Assembly: GCA_023205875.1 (NCBI GenBank)
Contig: CP060755.1
Span: 1,550,001 to 1,614,000, forward strand
Source: Chloropicon primus
Taxonomy: Eukaryota
Reading direction: 5' to 3'
DNA length: 64,000 bases
A model generated the notes under the pieces. The model searched no databases. It saw nothing but the letters and a program-made list of their open reading frames with translations, and had not been told where the DNA came from. Positions within the stretch are counted from its first letter, which is position 1. The number at the start of each line of letters is the position of its first letter. A program made the translations under genes and the position numbers. Below, piece after piece: positions 52,366 to 62,297 of this stretch.

Positions 52366-52522
52366 GTTGCCCCCTCCTTCCTCAAGTCAAGGTGGGGTCA
52401 GCCGCCTCTCGCCTCTCCCTCTCGGGCCTCGGAAATTGGAAAAAATCAGGAGAGGAGGGCAACGATTGCGATTGAGACAATGACATGACAATGATCACGA
52501 GTTTACATGGTTAGGGAAGGGA

Positions 52523-55324
52523 TTACAGTGCGTACATGAGCTCAAGATAGACGATCCCGAAGGCCACGGAGAGGCACATGATGGGAAAGCCAACCCTGAA
52601 AAAGTCTTTGAAAGCGATGTGGTGTCCCTCCCTATCAGCAACGCCCGCGACGACTATGTTTGCGCTGGCACCGATGAGGGAGCCATTGCCCCCGAGGCAG
52701 GCCCCGAGGCAGAGGGACCACGCCAGGGGCTCGAGGTTCAGGCCGAGGTCGGAGTTCGAGAGCTGCAGGATCACTGGAACCATCGTTGCGGTGTACGGTA
52801 TGTTGTCCAGGAAGGCCGAGACCAAGGCGCTGACCGAAGTGAGCAAGAAGATTGCGAACGCGGTCCTAGACTCCTCAGGCACGGCGCCTATGATCGTTGT
52901 CAGAATGTTTCCTATCTCTCTGATCAGGCCCACTTCGCCCATTGCCTCGATCATGGCGAACAGGGCCGCGAAGAAGAGGAGCGTCTCCCATTCCACCATC
53001 TCCAAGTCCGCGTGGATGTGGTGCGGGGAGGAGAAGATCATCAGGATGACTGCACCAAACAAAGCGATCCAGGCCGGCTCCACGTGGTGGACGGGGTGGA
53101 GAAGGAACCCGAAGATCACGGTGCCCAGGACGATCAAGCTCTCCGTCAAGAGATGCTTGTTCGTGATCTTGTACCGCTTCTTCAATCTCATCGCGTTGGA
53201 GTACGTCTCCTTGTCTATCATTCCGGTCAGCTTCTCCCTGTAAATGCAGCGCAGGAGGAACATGCAAGGGATCGACATGATGCAAATGATTGGCATGAGC
53301 ACGTAGATGAAGTCCATGAACATGATGTAGTCCGACAGGGCATTTCCCACGATGATGTTCGGAGGGTCTCCGATCATAGTCGCCGCCCCACCAATGTTGC
53401 TGAAGATCGTCAAGCTAATCAGCAGGGGCACGGGGTCCATCTTGAGAACCTTGGCGAGCGTGATGGTGACGGGGGCTAAGAGGAGCACCGTGGTCACATT
53501 GTCCAGGAACGCGGAGAGAAACGCGGTCAAGGTGCAAAGTATCATGGTCATGTGCCACTTGTTACCCTTTGAGTAACCGATCACTTTGACGGTCATCACC
53601 TCGAACAGCCCGGTGCGGGAGAGTTTGCCCACGATAATCATCATTCCGAAAAGGAGGCCAAGGGCGCCCTCATCCATCCACTCGATGACCTTCTGAAGGT
53701 CAGGGGCCTCGTCCAAGGCCAGCAGGAGAGTCAACATGATGAACGACCCCAGCATCGCGACGAGGGTACGGTGTATCAGCTCGAACGCAATCAAAAGCAG
53801 AGCCGCAACGAGGACGAACAGAGCGATCCATATCTTGGCCTGGCCCAGGACGCCGTATTGCCGGACTTCGGCGTTGAAGGCGACCATGAGTCCCTTGGGC
53901 GGATTCCCCCCCAGGCTGTACGTCAGTTGCAACCCCTCGTAGCTCCCGTCACCCCAGCGCCTGTGGAGCCCCGTGTACACGAGGAAGCACTTCTTCACCT
54001 CGTGGGCAATCGAGCACTGCCTGGTGGACGCCACGTCCACCCAGCCCCCGTTCTCTTCCTTCATCTCCACGGAGACGAGGATGTGAGGCGGGACCGTCTC
54101 ATTCAAGGCGTAGCCGTAAATGTCCTCATAAGGCGGTATGGTCACCTCGATCTCCACGCGCCTGATGGGGTTCGTGTGTAGGGAGTACGCTGTGGCGACG
54201 TCAGTCGACACCGTCACCACCTCCCCCAGCTCGGACTCGTGCGGGAGGTAATCCTTGCTCAAGCCCAGAATCACCAGGAACACGAAGCAGATGGATACCA
54301 AGGACGTGTAAATCGCGTAGTTGCGCCTCTTGTTGGGCGGCTTGATGTTCCAATACTTTTGGATGAGGTCCTTCTTCTTCCTCATCGCCAGAAGCCTGTT
54401 CATGAGCAAGTGATCCCTCTCCCTGTACTCCTGGTTCTGCTCAAGCTTCTTCATCAAGTGGTTCGTCTTCAGGATGCTCTCCCTCAGGTGCCTGCCGTTC
54501 TGGGGCATCTTGCTCTCCACGGCGTCGCACAGGAGGTGCATGTGCTTCATCTCCTTGTGAATTTTCCCCATCAAGGGACTCTTGAATCGCTTCCACTCGA
54601 TCGGTTTGTGGGGCTCCGACTTGTGGGCGGCCTTGTCCTCGTGCCGGTGTGCCTCGCCACAGGGCGGCACCCCCGCCTCCCCCTCCCCTACGGAAACGAG
54701 GGACTCCACGCTCTCGTTTCGAGGAATCCTCACCGAGCTCATGCTGTCGCTGTCCATGTCCTCCACCGAGACGGCTCCGTGGGTCGGGTGCGAGATGGCG
54801 TAACGAAGCTCCGCGGCCATGGTCTCCCCCCTCGCTCCGGATATCGTAGTGTTCGCGACCGGGTGGTCGTCGTCGTCCTCCTCCGCGCCCTCGATGGTCA
54901 GGTTCGGCTTCCGCATCGCCGTGTTCCCCGTGAGGGCCCTCCTCAGCTCCTTGGCAATCTGCTTCCCGTCCATGCCCGATATCGTCATTGCGCTCCTCTG
55001 CTCGTCTTCCGCGAGCGAGGTCGACCCCGTGAGCTGCGTCTGAAGCCGCGGGCTGTCCCTCATGTTGCTCAGCAGATCCCCGAGGTCCTTCCCGTCCTTC
55101 TTCCTCACGTCGTCCAAGGTCACCGCCGTCATGCTCATGGACGACGAGGCATCTGCAAGAGTCGACTGCAGCGTTGCCATATCGAGGGACGCGAGGTCTG
55201 GCACGGAAAGCGACCTTTTCTCTTGCTTGAGCCGATCCTGCGACGCCACCTGCTCGAGACTCACGTCCCGGACGCCGAGGCCGCCGAGGCCGCCGAGGCC
55301 CTCCTCCGTGTTATCTCCAGCCAT
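52523..55324 (-). CDS. OCA2/P-protein-like anion transporter (ArsB/NhaD/CitMHS superfamily)
   Basis: ELIHRT, LLFGMMIIV, SAFLDNVTT, SNIGGAATMIGDPPN, SAFLDNIPY, GACLGGNGSLIGASAN; long soluble N-terminus. Confidence 0.92.
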   Translation of the reverse strand: MAGDNTEEGLGGLGGLGVRDVSLEQVASQDRLKQEKRSLSVPDLASLDMATLQSTLADASSSMSMTAVTLDDVRKKDGKDLGDLLSNMRDSPRLQTQLTGSTSLAEDEQRSAMTISGMDGKQIAKELRRALTGNTAMRKPNLTIEGAEEDDDDHPVANTTISGARGETMAAELRYAISHPTHGAVSVEDMDSDSMSSVRIPRNESVESLVSVGEGEAGVPPCGEAHRHEDKAAHKSEPHKPIEWKRFKSPLMGKIHKEMKHMHLLCDAVESKMPQNGRHLRESILKTNHLMKKLEQNQEYRERDHLLMNRLLAMRKKKDLIQKYWNIKPPNKRRNYAIYTSLVSICFVFLVILGLSKDYLPHESELGEVVTVSTDVATAYSLHTNPIRRVEIEVTIPPYEDIYGYALNETVPPHILVSVEMKEENGGWVDVASTRQCSIAHEVKKCFLVYTGLHRRWGDGSYEGLQLTYSLGGNPPKGLMVAFNAEVRQYGVLGQAKIWIALFVLVAALLLIAFELIHRTLVAMLGSFIMLTLLLALDEAPDLQKVIEWMDEGALGLLFGMMIIVGKLSRTGLFEVMTVKVIGYSKGNKWHMTMILCTLTAFLSAFLDNVTTVLLLAPVTITLAKVLKMDPVPLLISLTIFSNIGGAATMIGDPPNIIVGNALSDYIMFMDFIYVLMPIICIMSIPCMFLLRCIYREKLTGMIDKETYSNAMRLKKRYKITNKHLLTESLIVLGTVIFGFLLHPVHHVEPAWIALFGAVILMIFSSPHHIHADLEMVEWETLLFFAALFAMIEAMGEVGLIREIGNILTTIIGAVPEESRTAFAIFLLTSVSALVSAFLDNIPYTATMVPVILQLSNSDLGLNLEPLAWSLCLGACLGGNGSLIGASANIVVAGVADREGHHIAFKDFFRVGFPIMCLSVAFGIVYLELMYAL

Positions 55325-56107
55325 CCCCCGCCACCTAAACCGGCGTCATCACCTTGGTCCAGGCACGCTCGCTTTTCGCGTTCGTGCGTGTGCTCGTGCG
55401 TGTTGGTGTGCTCTTGTCACTGCTGCTGCTGCTGCTGCTGCTGTTGCTCCTCTCTCTCTATCGTTCCCGCGCCCCTGCACTTTCCCACCTCCGGTGAATC
55501 GAATTGGGAGAGTGGCCAAGGTTCTCAAACTTGTATGAACGAAAAAAACAAAAAAAGATTGCATCTTGGAGAAAGGTTTAGAAACATGAGCACGAGCACG
55601 AGCACGAGGACTTCTCTTCTCTTCTCTTCTCCCTTCCTCCCACTTCGATCTCGCCGAGAACCCGAGGAGGAGGAGACAGACTCCCCAAACCACCCCCCCC
55701 CCCAAAAAAACAGCAGACTAGCCATGGGATCAGAGCACTCGGCATTTTTGCCCCAAGGTTGGGTTTGGGTTTTTTGTAACGTAGCGGAGAACGGCAAGAG
55801 AAACGCGCCCTACGAGGACGAGGACGAGGACGAGGACTGTCGACGAGAGGACGAGGAGAGCGACGACGAGGACGCCGCCGCGCGGCGCGTGTGAGCTTGA
55901 AGGGCTGCTTTCCCTCTTTTTTTTTTTTTCTTGGCGCTTCGCGAGGACGGTTGCGCGCTGTCTCTGCCCGTCCGTCGTCGAAACGGCTCTTGCAGAGGGG
56001 GGCGAGGGGAGAGGGGGGGGACCACGGGAGTGATCGTAGGGGACCCCCAGGATGGGAGAGCCGCCCACGTGAGGCCTTCGACGCAGAGACACACACGTGA
56101 AGGAAGC

Positions 56108-58057
56108 ATGGAAGCGAAGAGGAGCGACGGCGGGGCGCACGACCCGGCGAACGGCGCGTCGTCGTCGCCTAGGTTGAGCACGGACGGGGAGGTGAGGGGC
56201 CCTGGCGACGACAAGGACCTGGTCATGTGCACGGATCCCTCGGGCCGGTACCTCAAGTACAACGAACTCCTCGGCGAGGGCGCGTTCAAGAAGGTCTACA
56301 AGGCGCTCGACGAGCAGGAGGGCCGGGAGGTCGCCTGGAACGAGATTCAGGTGCAGGGCAGGGTTTTCTCCGCGGAGGAGAGGGCCAGGCTGCAGGCCGA
56401 GATCGAGATAGGGACGGAGCTGGAGCACCCTCACATCATCACCTTCTACGAGTCGTGGGTGGACGAGGAGACTCAGAACTTGGTCTTCATCACGGAGCTG
56501 TTCACCTCCGGCACGCTGCGGCAGTACCGGCGGAAGTACACCAAGCTCGACGTCAAGGCCATCAAGCGGTGGTCCATTCAGATTCTGGAGGGCCTGGCGT
56601 ACCTCCACGAGGAGCACGACCCCCCCATCATCCACCGGGACTTGAAGTGCGACAACATCTTCATCAACGGGCACAACGGGGAGGTGAAGATCGGGGACCT
56701 CGGCCTGGCCACGCTGCTGAGGCAGGCCAAGCCCGGCATGTCGGTCCTGGGTACCCCGGAGTTCATGGCCCCGGAGATGTACGAGGAGCAGTACGACGAG
56801 CTCGTCGACATCTACGCCTTTGGCATGTGTCTGCTCGAGCTGGTGACGTGCCAGTTCCCGTACAAGGAGTGCGAGAACGCGGCGCAAATCTACAGGAAAG
56901 TTAGCAAAGGGATCGGGCCCCAGGGGCTGGACCAGGTCCAGGAACAGAATCCGAGCATGTATGACTTCATCCAAAAGTGCCTCGCGAAGAGGGAGAGCCG
57001 CCCCTCCGCGAGGCAGCTCCTGGAAGACCCGTTCCTGAGGTGCCCCCTCGAGAGCGTCCCGCACTCGAGGAGGGACACCAAGGAGAGCTTGTACTCGGAG
57101 TACACCAGTCCGCAGTCCACGGATGACCTGTCAGTCGCCGTGGATCCGGTGAGACACATGCAGAACTTCTTGGAATCCCAGACATCCCTCGATCGAGTGA
57201 GCCAGGGGGCCACCACGCCAGAGAGGGTAGTAAGCCACGGCTTGCACGATTCCGCTATGGTTTACCAATCCAAAATAGTGAAAACCGTGAGCGAGAAGCA
57301 GTTTGGCTCCGAGTTCACCGTGTCAGGACAAGAGAACTCGGACGGGACGATCGAGATCAAGGTTCGCATGCCAGTGAGGACGGACCCGGAGAAGAAGGCC
57401 AGGAACATCTCCTTCCAGTACGACCCGGAGAGGGACACGGCGAAGAAGGTCGCCGAGGAGATGGCGGAAGAATTCAGCCTGGGCAGGATGGACGAGAGAA
57501 TTTGCGCCGCTGCCATCCAGGAGGCGATACACAAGGCTCAGGGCAACGCAAACGGATCGAACGCGATGCGAGAAAACGGGTTGGAGCCCTCTTTCCTCGA
57601 GGAGGAGGTGCCGCCATCACCGGGGCGGGAGAGTCCGCTGAAGAGAGGACTTCAGTGGGAGTCTCTCGTCTACCCCAGGGCAGCGATGGAGAATCCGATG
57701 ATGGACCACTTCAAGGCTCTGCTACAGAATGGCGAAGACAGCGACGTGCTGATCAAGTCCCAGGGCACCGACTTCAAGGCCCACAAGGTCATACTCTCGG
57801 CTCGCTCGACTGTCCTGAAGGCCATGTTGAAGGAGCCGGAGTTCAAAAGCTCGGGGGTGCTGGAGCTGGACATCCCGCCGGAGGTGATGCGAGTCGTGCT
57901 CTTCTACATTTACACGGGCTCCCTCCCCCTCTCGGCCTCGGCGGAGATTCACACGGAGATTGACGCGATGATAAAAGCTGCAGATCTCCTTGCTATGACT
58001 CGGTTCAAGCACTACCTGAAGAAGTTCGTTAACGAGAGCAAGTCCTCGACCTCTTAG
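56108..58057 (+). CDS. WNK: WNK kinase with a C-terminal BTB/POZ domain
   Basis: LGEGAFKKVYKA, VAWN (no subdomain II Lys), ITELFTSGTLRQY, IIHRDLKCDNIF, DLGLA, GTPEFMAPE; RNISFQYDPERDTAKKVAEEM domain; SDV...FKAHKVILSARS.V BTB. Confidence 0.95.
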   Translation: MEAKRSDGGAHDPANGASSSPRLSTDGEVRGPGDDKDLVMCTDPSGRYLKYNELLGEGAFKKVYKALDEQEGREVAWNEIQVQGRVFSAEERARLQAEIEIGTELEHPHIITFYESWVDEETQNLVFITELFTSGTLRQYRRKYTKLDVKAIKRWSIQILEGLAYLHEEHDPPIIHRDLKCDNIFINGHNGEVKIGDLGLATLLRQAKPGMSVLGTPEFMAPEMYEEQYDELVDIYAFGMCLLELVTCQFPYKECENAAQIYRKVSKGIGPQGLDQVQEQNPSMYDFIQKCLAKRESRPSARQLLEDPFLRCPLESVPHSRRDTKESLYSEYTSPQSTDDLSVAVDPVRHMQNFLESQTSLDRVSQGATTPERVVSHGLHDSAMVYQSKIVKTVSEKQFGSEFTVSGQENSDGTIEIKVRMPVRTDPEKKARNISFQYDPERDTAKKVAEEMAEEFSLGRMDERICAAAIQEAIHKAQGNANGSNAMRENGLEPSFLEEEVPPSPGRESPLKRGLQWESLVYPRAAMENPMMDHFKALLQNGEDSDVLIKSQGTDFKAHKVILSARSTVLKAMLKEPEFKSSGVLELDIPPEVMRVVLFYIYTGSLPLSASAEIHTEIDAMIKAADLLAMTRFKHYLKKFVNESKSSTS

Positions 58058-58080
58058 TAGACAAAGTCCGACCGATTTTT

Positions 58081-58109
58081 TGTAAAACATTCTGCTTGCC
58101 TTCTTTACA
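58081..58109. terminator. Opposed UGUAA polyadenylation signals between convergent WNK and PTPA
   Basis: TGTAA on + at 58081-58085 and TTACA (minus-strand TGTAA) at 58105-58109. UGUAA is the established chlorophyte poly(A) signal. Confidence 0.65.
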
Positions 58110-58123
58110 GGATACTCAGTCTT

Positions 58124-59248
58124 TCACGCTTTCCACTGGAAGATGCTCCCGAACCCCAGGTGCTGCGTGATCGGGAATTTGGAGAGCACCTCCCCCTCGT
58201 ACATTTTGAGCATGCCGTTCTTCACCTTCTGCCATCTGCCCACTGCACTGATGTCGTTGAGCATGGGCGACGTCTCGCTGATGGGACCCTTCTTCACCGA
58301 AAGGACGTACTCCACGCAACCAAAGTACATGAAGTCTTTGGAGAACATGTCCACAAAATCCGGGTTGTGGATGCTCTTCGGCTTGATCAACCCGTGCTTC
58401 ACCAGCTGGGCCGCCCCGAACAGAAAGGGAAGCATCTGGTAATCGTCCAAACCCCAGCAGCCCCTCGATCCCGCGGGCTCCAACCCGTACGTCTGCTGCA
58501 CCCTGCGCATAAGCTTCAGGTACGTGTTGAACACGGAGAGCACCAGGGCCTGAGAGTCCCCCTCCGTCACCAGGCCGAGCTTCGCCAGGCAGTACAACAG
58601 GATGACGAAGTTGGTCTCGTGCCCCGTCCCGTAATCGATCCTCGTCCGATTCCCGAAGCTGTCGGACAAGTAGTATGCGAGCTCCGGGGCCGCCCCCTTG
58701 AGTCTCTCCGGCAGAATCGTTCCAATGAGGTCCTCCGAGTTGTCGCTGACCATGGCGTGCCAATCCCTGAAGGCAGGGTTGCCGTACCTCAGCGTGTGTT
58801 TCTGCGGCGGAACCTGGTCCACGTACCCCGACACCGCGTCGAGGATGCTGTTCAGACCCCTCAGCGTCTCCGACAAGCCGCCCTGCTTCACCTCGGTCAC
58901 CTTCACCCCAACGATTTTGGAGCAGAGGCACTTGACGAAGGCCAGGTAGTCGCGGCAGCTCTGCGACCGGAGGAACGTCTGCACGTCGCTCTCCCTCAGT
59001 ATCCTCTTCTGCGGGAGAGCGAACTCCTGGGCCGGACCCTCCCCGTCGCTCTTCCCAAAGTCGAAATCAACCGTCTCGACCTCTGACGTCGAAAGTCCCG
59101 TGTTCGTCGCGCTCCTCGGAGCACCGACAGGGGCAGGCATTCGACTCAGGGCCCAGGGCGCTGCCGTCTGCACCGAGGGTCCCCCCCCCGGCACCCGCGG
59201 CGGCGGCGGTGGCATCATATCCCTCCCTTCTCCCCCCTCCCTCTCCAT
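58124..59248 (-). CDS. PTPA: PP2A phosphotyrosyl phosphatase activator (PTPA/RRD)
   Basis: RYGNPAFRDW, SFGNRTRIDYGTGHE, LEPAGSRGCWGLDDY, EVLSKFPITQH. Start Met uncertain. Confidence 0.95.
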   Translation of the reverse strand: MEREGGEGRDMMPPPPPRVPGGGPSVQTAAPWALSRMPAPVGAPRSATNTGLSTSEVETVDFDFGKSDGEGPAQEFALPQKRILRESDVQTFLRSQSCRDYLAFVKCLCSKIVGVKVTEVKQGGLSETLRGLNSILDAVSGYVDQVPPQKHTLRYGNPAFRDWHAMVSDNSEDLIGTILPERLKGAAPELAYYLSDSFGNRTRIDYGTGHETNFVILLYCLAKLGLVTEGDSQALVLSVFNTYLKLMRRVQQTYGLEPAGSRGCWGLDDYQMLPFLFGAAQLVKHGLIKPKSIHNPDFVDMFSKDFMYFGCVEYVLSVKKGPISETSPMLNDISAVGRWQKVKNGMLKMYEGEVLSKFPITQHLGFGSIFQWKA

Positions 59249-59441
59249 CACCACCGCACCACACTTTTCTGTCCCTCCGCGCGCGACAGCCTGTCCGCTT
59301 TTGAGCTTTTTGCCTTTGCCTCCAAATCCCCTGAAGTTGAGCAATAACGGCTGGCGCTCGCTTCCTTCAACCAACCAGGCAGGGGAGAGGGAGACTAGGC
59401 ACTGAGGAGTTCTTGGCCTCGTCCGTCGTTCGTTTGTCGAG

Positions 59442-60761
59442 ATGTTGCCGGTGCTGGTGGTGCTGGTGGCGACGTGGGCCCTCGTGTGGGTGTTCGCGTT
59501 CGGGCCGAAAGGGCTCAAGTGCGCCGCGGCGAGGAGGGTTGTGGACATGCAGTTCACTTGGTTCGCGGCGGTGTGGTACCTGTTTCACTCCAAGGACAAG
59601 TCGTTCTCGCTCAAGGAGGTCAAGGACGCCGTCCACACGGACTTGAAGGACCCCGAGCTCAAGACCAAGACGATCGTTTTCATAAGGCACGGAGAGAGCT
59701 GCTGGAACGAGATGTTCGTGAGTAGTACGAGTATCTCGCAAAAACAAACAAACACTCGCCACCCTCTCGCTCGCTGACTCTGCGTTCCTCTTCTGTCCCC
59801 GCTCGCAAACTGCGCAGAACAGGGGCTTCGGGCCGGGGTTCGTCCTGCGCGTCCTCAAGGGACTGCTCTCGGAGTTGTACAAGATGACCTTGGCGGACTC
59901 CGTGTTCATCGACTCGCCTCTCGGCGTGAGAGGGGAGAAGGAGGTGAGGCGACTGCGCTCGACGCCCGAATGGAGACTGCGCGTGGGCCTCTGGTACTGA
60001 CTCGCTCCCTTGCTCTCTGTGCCCAGGCTCTCGACATCTGCAGGTACCTCCGATCGCAGTCCGCTCAGGAGACCACGAGAACTCTTCCGCCGCAGAGCGC
60101 GCTGGCCAAGTCCCTGGCGTTCGCTCAAGACCTTTACAACGGGGGCAAGGAAGGGACGAGGGTAGTGTCCTCGAACTTGCGAAGGTCGATGAACACGGTA
60201 GTCATCGCGCTCCAGGACCGCCTCTTCAGGAACGGGGAGAAGGTCCAGGTCCTGTCGTCGCTGCAAGAGATAAGCAGCAACGTGGACACGATTTCCTTGA
60301 GCACGGCGGGAGGGGTCCAGCCGAACCTGTAAGTGCAGAAAGAAAAACCACCTCGCATTTTTTTTTGTGTGTCGGCGCGCGCGCGTACTGACTGACGAGT
60401 ATCTTCCTCGCCACTCGACGTCAGCGGAGGGCACATGAGTGCGCTGGACGCCGAGAAGGTCTTCGACGCAGAGCTCAACAAGGGAAACAAGAAGCCGGCC
60501 TCCAGGGGATCAGAAAGGATCAGGGAGTTCGTGAAGTGGATCTTCAAGCAGGACGAGGGCAAAATCATCGTCTCCGGCCACTCTCTCTACTTCAGGTGGT
60601 TCTTTCGCATGCACCTTCCCCACGGCTTGCAGCATATCTCCAAAAACAAGAAGATCGCAAACGGTGGCGTCGTTGCCTTTGAGCTCGTTCAAGACTCCAA
60701 AGGCTCCGTCATGATCTTGCCGGGCTCCATCACTTCCGTGTACCTCGGATTCGCAAAGTAA
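59442..60761 (+). CDS. Histidine phosphatase (PGM-like) with N-terminal membrane anchor; exons 59442-59717, 59818-59943, 60027-60328, 60425-60761
   Basis: IVFIRHGES, DSPL, VSSNLRRS, LQEIS, VSGHSLYFR; three GT-AG introns in phase. Confidence 0.85.
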
Positions 60762-60915
60762 ACCACCTTCTTGTCATCCATTGTCCCAACTCCTGCAGAG
60801 GAGGATTTTTTTTGTTGTTGCTGAGGTCGAGGTGTGTGAGCAGACGGAGTGTGCGCGCGCGGGACGCGGGAGGAGGAAAAAAGGAGAGAGCGCCGCCCCG
60901 GGTGAGGAAGCCAAC

Positions 60916-62181
60916 ATGGGGGACGCCTTGTTTGCGGCCATCCGGGATATCGACCGCGTCGCGAAGAAGCAACGCACGTGCTCGGCCAAGACGGCACAGT
61001 ACCTGAGCCAGATGGTGGGTTGCGAAAAGAATCTATGGAGAGAGGCGAGCTCTTCGACGAGTTTCACTGACGTTTTCGTGTCTTCGCGTGCTCGTGTTTT
61101 CCCCTTCCTTGGCGCCTCGGCTTTCCTCCGTCGCCAGGAGGACGAGATAAGGGCAGCGAAGGCTAAGCTGGAGAAGAGCGCCTCGAGGGAAGAGAAGAAA
61201 CGGCTTCTGAAGGAACTTCACGACAAGCTGCTGACGCTGCGACTCCCTGGGCAGATAGAGGATAAGCAGAAAGAGTTCTACGGGTCCGTCAGCCGGCTCG
61301 GCAAGTCCGTTGACAAGCACTTCAAGTCGGAGTCCTTCGGCGACCGCGAGACGAACTTGGACGACGAGCTGCTCGACAAGGTCATAGCAAACCACTTTTT
61401 CCGGGAGGGGGAACCTCAGTTGGGCCAGACGTTCTGCGAGGAAGCGAACGTTTCCGTCTCCGAGGACCTCAAGCAGTCGTTCCTGGACATGCACGTCGTG
61501 GTGAGCGAGCTGAAGAACCACAACGTGCTGCCCGCCCTCGAGTGGGTGAAGGAGAAGAGGGAGGAGGAGAGGGCGTCTCCCTTGGAGTTCAAGCTCCACA
61601 GCATGCAGTTCCTCCGCCTGCTGGGGTCTCAGGGGTGCAAAGTGGCGCTCAATTACGCGAGGACGAACCTCAGCCAGTTTGCCAACACCCACATGTTAGA
61701 GATCAGGCAGCTCATGGGTTGCCTCCTGTACCACAACAACATCGCGAGGTCCCCGTACAAGGAGCTCTTGTCCGAGATGCACTGGGAAACGCTGCGGCAT
61801 ACCTTCGTGAGGGAGTGCTGCAGCACGATGGGGCAGGCGTGCGAAAGCCCTCTGCTGGTGGCGAGCGCGGCGGGCTCGCTCGCCATCCCGACCCTGGCGA
61901 AGTTTGCCACAGTCATGGGAAAGAAGCAGGACTGGACCACGATGGAGCAGCTGCCCGTCGAGATCGACCTGGGCCACGAGTTCACCTTCTACTCCATCTT
62001 CGCGTGCCCCATCTCGAGGGACCAGGCTTCCAGGGACGACCCTCCGATGATGCTCCTGTGCGGCCACGTCCTGTCCAAGCAGTCGGTGACGAAGCTGAAC
62101 AAGAGCAACAGCAAACCATTCAAGTGCCCTTACTGCCCCTCGGAGCAAAAGTTCTCCGACTGCGTGGAGATCTCCTTTTGA
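60916..62181 (+). CDS. RMD5: RMD5/RMND5 (GID2) RING subunit of the GID/CTLH E3 ligase; exons 60916-61014 and 61138-62181
   Basis: LisH (VIANHFFREG), CTLH (LEFKLH), CRA, degenerate RING (SIFACPIS..PPMMLLCGHVL..FKCPYCP). Confidence 0.93.
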   Translation: MGDALFAAIRDIDRVAKKQRTCSAKTAQYLSQMVGCEKNLWREASSSTSFTDVFVSSRARVFPFLGASAFLRRQEDEIRAAKAKLEKSASREEKKRLLKELHDKLLTLRLPGQIEDKQKEFYGSVSRLGKSVDKHFKSESFGDRETNLDDELLDKVIANHFFREGEPQLGQTFCEEANVSVSEDLKQSFLDMHVVVSELKNHNVLPALEWVKEKREEERASPLEFKLHSMQFLRLLGSQGCKVALNYARTNLSQFANTHMLEIRQLMGCLLYHNNIARSPYKELLSEMHWETLRHTFVRECCSTMGQACESPLLVASAAGSLAIPTLAKFATVMGKKQDWTTMEQLPVEIDLGHEFTFYSIFACPISRDQASRDDPPMMLLCGHVLSKQSVTKLNKSNSKPFKCPYCPSEQKFSDCVEISF

Positions 62182-62297
62182 GGGGAAAAAAGGCGTGTGT
62201 GACTCAACTTCTCGATCCTTGCGCTCTTGCGCTCTTGTAATAATAATTGTAAGACTAAAACCAAAAACTGTCAACAAAAATCCTTTATGGATGTGAC

